Below are positions 61,827 through 64,000 of a stretch of 64,000 nucleotides of DNA, piece by piece. Numbering within the stretch: position 1 is the first letter of the stretch; the number at the start of each line of letters is the position of its first letter. Source of the stretch: an uncultured Eubacteriales bacterium (GTDB lineage Bacteria; Bacillota; Clostridia; Oscillospirales; Acutalibacteraceae); contig OMWP01000001.1 of NCBI GenBank assembly GCA_900314795.1, forward strand, positions 16,265 to 80,264. Reading direction: 5' to 3'. A program made the position numbers and the translations under genes. Below the pieces are notes generated by a model that made no database searches, was not told the origin of the DNA, and saw only the letters and a program-made list of their open reading frames with translations.

Positions 61827-63275
61827 ATGAAAAAGAACAACATCTTCAAAAGAAGAGTAATCGCGGCGGTGCTTTCGGCGATCACCGTATTCTCGGTAGG
61901 AACCATGGCGACAACCTCAGCCTTTGCTGCAGAGACCCGCGTCTCAGCCGGTACCACGATCACTAACGATAACAAGCTGAGCTTTGACAGAGATCTGCTT
62001 CAGGTCAAAAACATCTCCTCCTCCACACTTTTGAAGGTGCTGGAGGGCGTCACAAAGCACGGCAAATACGCGTGTCCCTTCATCAGCGGTATGCTGGACG
62101 CCTTCATTGAAAAGCCCGAGGAAAGAATCGAAAAGAAGCTCACCGAGCTCAGCGACAAGGTCGACAAGATTTTTGATAAGCTGGACGCTTCCGAGGCTTC
62201 TATCAAGACAAAGATCTCCAACGATCTCGGCGTACAGAGCTTTTACAACGTATTCATCAAGTTCAAGACCGCTACCGAGAACATGAATAAGAAAATCAAC
62301 GATATCTATGCGAGCAATCTTTCCAACGCGGACAAGATCGCTAAGATCGCCAGCCTGACCGGTAATTATAACGAGTGGAGATCCAAGTTTGAGGATGTAC
62401 TGGGCGAGCTGAACAGCTTCTGCGAGAAGCCCTCCATGACAAAGGACGGCAATATCTTTGAGCTTGCTTACAACTACCACACCAACTCGGTGATGTTCAG
62501 CGGCGAAGCACTCGACAAGGCAAAGCCCGTATGCAATCATGTGCTGCAGGTTTACGCCGCGGGATGTGCGACCCTGATGGAAAGCCTTGCCGCTCAGGTA
62601 TGCTACAACAACCTGTCCGATGAAGCAAAGGCGACCGTGAACCCCGAATTTGCCGCTCACATCTGCAAGGACGCAAATGATATCGAGAAAGAGATCAAGA
62701 CCGTCTCCGTCTTCCTGACCGGTGAGGAAAACGGTAAAAACGAAGACACCATCAAGGGCATGTATGATAAGCTGATGAACACCCCCAGAAATATCTTTGT
62801 CAACAAAGGACACGACAACACTCAGCTTGCCGCACAGCTCAAAATGCGCAACCACAAATCTGCTTACGCGGACGGAAAATACCGTAATTACAAGGCAAAA
62901 GACGTTGCGAACGAGTTCAATAACGATTTAACAAAAGCCACGTTGACCTGCGACAAGGCTAAAGCGCTGGCGGATTACGCAAAGGCAAAGGATATCTCCA
63001 TTCGCAAGCTGCTCGAAAACAACGGCATCAACACTGCCAATCTCCCCAAAGGCACAAACCTTGTGACCGCAAACGCGTGGGATGGCTCCATCTCTAAAGC
63101 CACCTGTGCTGTGGGCTACAATTACCAGAAAACCTATTACAAGGGCGTGAATATTGACGCGAAGGGCGCAGACCAAACAGACATTCAGTTCCTGGACTGC
63201 GGCTACAACTCCTGGAATTTTTCGGAATGGGGCTATTCCATCGGCGGCAACGCGTGCGCACTGGCTGTAAAATAA
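61827..63275 (+). CDS. Secreted protein of unknown function
   Basis: AAGGAGG RBS; Sec signal MKKNNIFKRRVIAAVLSAITVFSVGTMATTSAFA; helical/coiled-coil core. Confidence 0.8.
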   Translation: MKKNNIFKRRVIAAVLSAITVFSVGTMATTSAFAAETRVSAGTTITNDNKLSFDRDLLQVKNISSSTLLKVLEGVTKHGKYACPFISGMLDAFIEKPEERIEKKLTELSDKVDKIFDKLDASEASIKTKISNDLGVQSFYNVFIKFKTATENMNKKINDIYASNLSNADKIAKIASLTGNYNEWRSKFEDVLGELNSFCEKPSMTKDGNIFELAYNYHTNSVMFSGEALDKAKPVCNHVLQVYAAGCATLMESLAAQVCYNNLSDEAKATVNPEFAAHICKDANDIEKEIKTVSVFLTGEENGKNEDTIKGMYDKLMNTPRNIFVNKGHDNTQLAAQLKMRNHKSAYADGKYRNYKAKDVANEFNNDLTKATLTCDKAKALADYAKAKDISIRKLLENNGINTANLPKGTNLVTANAWDGSISKATCAVGYNYQKTYYKGVNIDAKGADQTDIQFLDCGYNSWNFSEWGYSIGGNACALAVK

Positions 63276-63566
63276 TCAAGCAACAAAAGCCGGCAGACCC
63301 TATCTCAGGTTTGCCGGTATTTTTCTACTAAGCTCTCAGTAGAAGAGACGTCGGTTTTGGTTTGAAAGAGGAAACGACCGATCTCGATGAGCGATCCGCC
63401 TCCCGATCCTTTGATTACGCGGTAAAAGATTCGTTCATACTTCGTTGATAAATCCTTCAAAAAGCGTTAATGAGTTCATCAAATCACTTTCACCTTGCTC
63501 GACTAGAATATGGTTGTACAAAGAAAGTACAGCATAAAACACAATCATCTCCGAGGAGGAATCATC

Positions 63567-64000
63567 ATGTATAATCCCTATTACGATTCATATGGCAGCA
63601 ACCCTGAAAACGAGAACCAAAGAGCGAAAGTGACCGAACCTCAGTCGGAAAACCGACAAGAGACATTCAGCCGTCACTCCGCCTTTGTTCCCCTACAAAA
63701 GCATGCCGCAGAGCCTGTGAACAATCAGCTCTCTGTCACTCCCACCCCCGAACCCAAGAGGAAAAAGAGGAAAATCAAGATGTCGATGGGCGCCGTTGCC
63801 GGCGTGCTCACTTTATGCATCCTGCTTTCGGGCTTTGCCGGATTCGGCGGCAGCTACCTGTTTTCGCAGCTGAATACCGGGTCAGACAACTCATCCGCCA
63901 TCCAAATCAACAAAGGCGCGGTCAATAACAACATCACCAAAACATCGGCTGATTCAGCGGATAAAACCACCGGCGAGATCGTCGGCGAGGTCGCCGATTC
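63567..64000 (+). CDS. Probable HtrA/DegP-family serine protease, N-terminal part (truncated by the window)
   Basis: GAGGAGG RBS; hand translation MYNPYYDSY...KRKKRKIK-TM(GFAGFGGSYLF)...KTTGEIVGEVADS; catalytic region not in the window. Confidence 0.6.
   Translation, partial: MYNPYYDSYGSNPENENQRAKVTEPQSENRQETFSRHSAFVPLQKHAAEPVNNQLSVTPTPEPKRKKRKIKMSMGAVAGVLTLCILLSGFAGFGGSYLFSQLNTGSDNSSAIQINKGAVNNNITKTSADSADKTTGEIVGEVAD

Overview
Chromosomal window from a spore-forming Firmicute, most likely an Oscillospiraceae/Ruminococcus-like gut anaerobe (inferred from the spoIIA operon, the gltX-glnS pair, TnpV and QueT). Positions 1-36,690 are GC-rich core genome: trk/ktr K+ uptake, secA-gltX-glnS, FHA-FtsW plus PBP, an L,D-transpeptidase, hflX, holB-yaaT, spoIIAA-AB-sigF, folC, rsmI, ferredoxin, metA, proS, acpP, PMM/PGM, tspO, queT and tRNA-Pro(GGG). 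Its intergenic regions are dense with small repeats: several REP/MITE-like families, a 25-bp-TIR MITE in two copies, and heptamer arrays. A ~24.7-kb island bounded by a 13-bp direct repeat of the tRNA-Pro 3' end (36677-36689 / 61433-61445) has no recognisable integrase. It carries ParB-like and TnpV genes, a 57-aa ORF coupled to a membrane-anchored PIN-like protein, a SAM-I/IV-like riboswitch, a seven-gene cluster (small ORF-MORC ATPase-Z1-PD-(D/E)XK-AIPR-Dcm-Vsr, Mza-like), a 977-aa protein with a HEPN-like motif, an AAA/DUF234-like ATPase and a Fic protein. Top leads are a preQ1-I riboswitch apparently split by a self-folding ~170-nt repeat insert, the SAM-I/IV-like RNA upstream of an unknown island gene, and the candidate defence genes. 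All family assignments come from motifs read by eye; no database searches were run.
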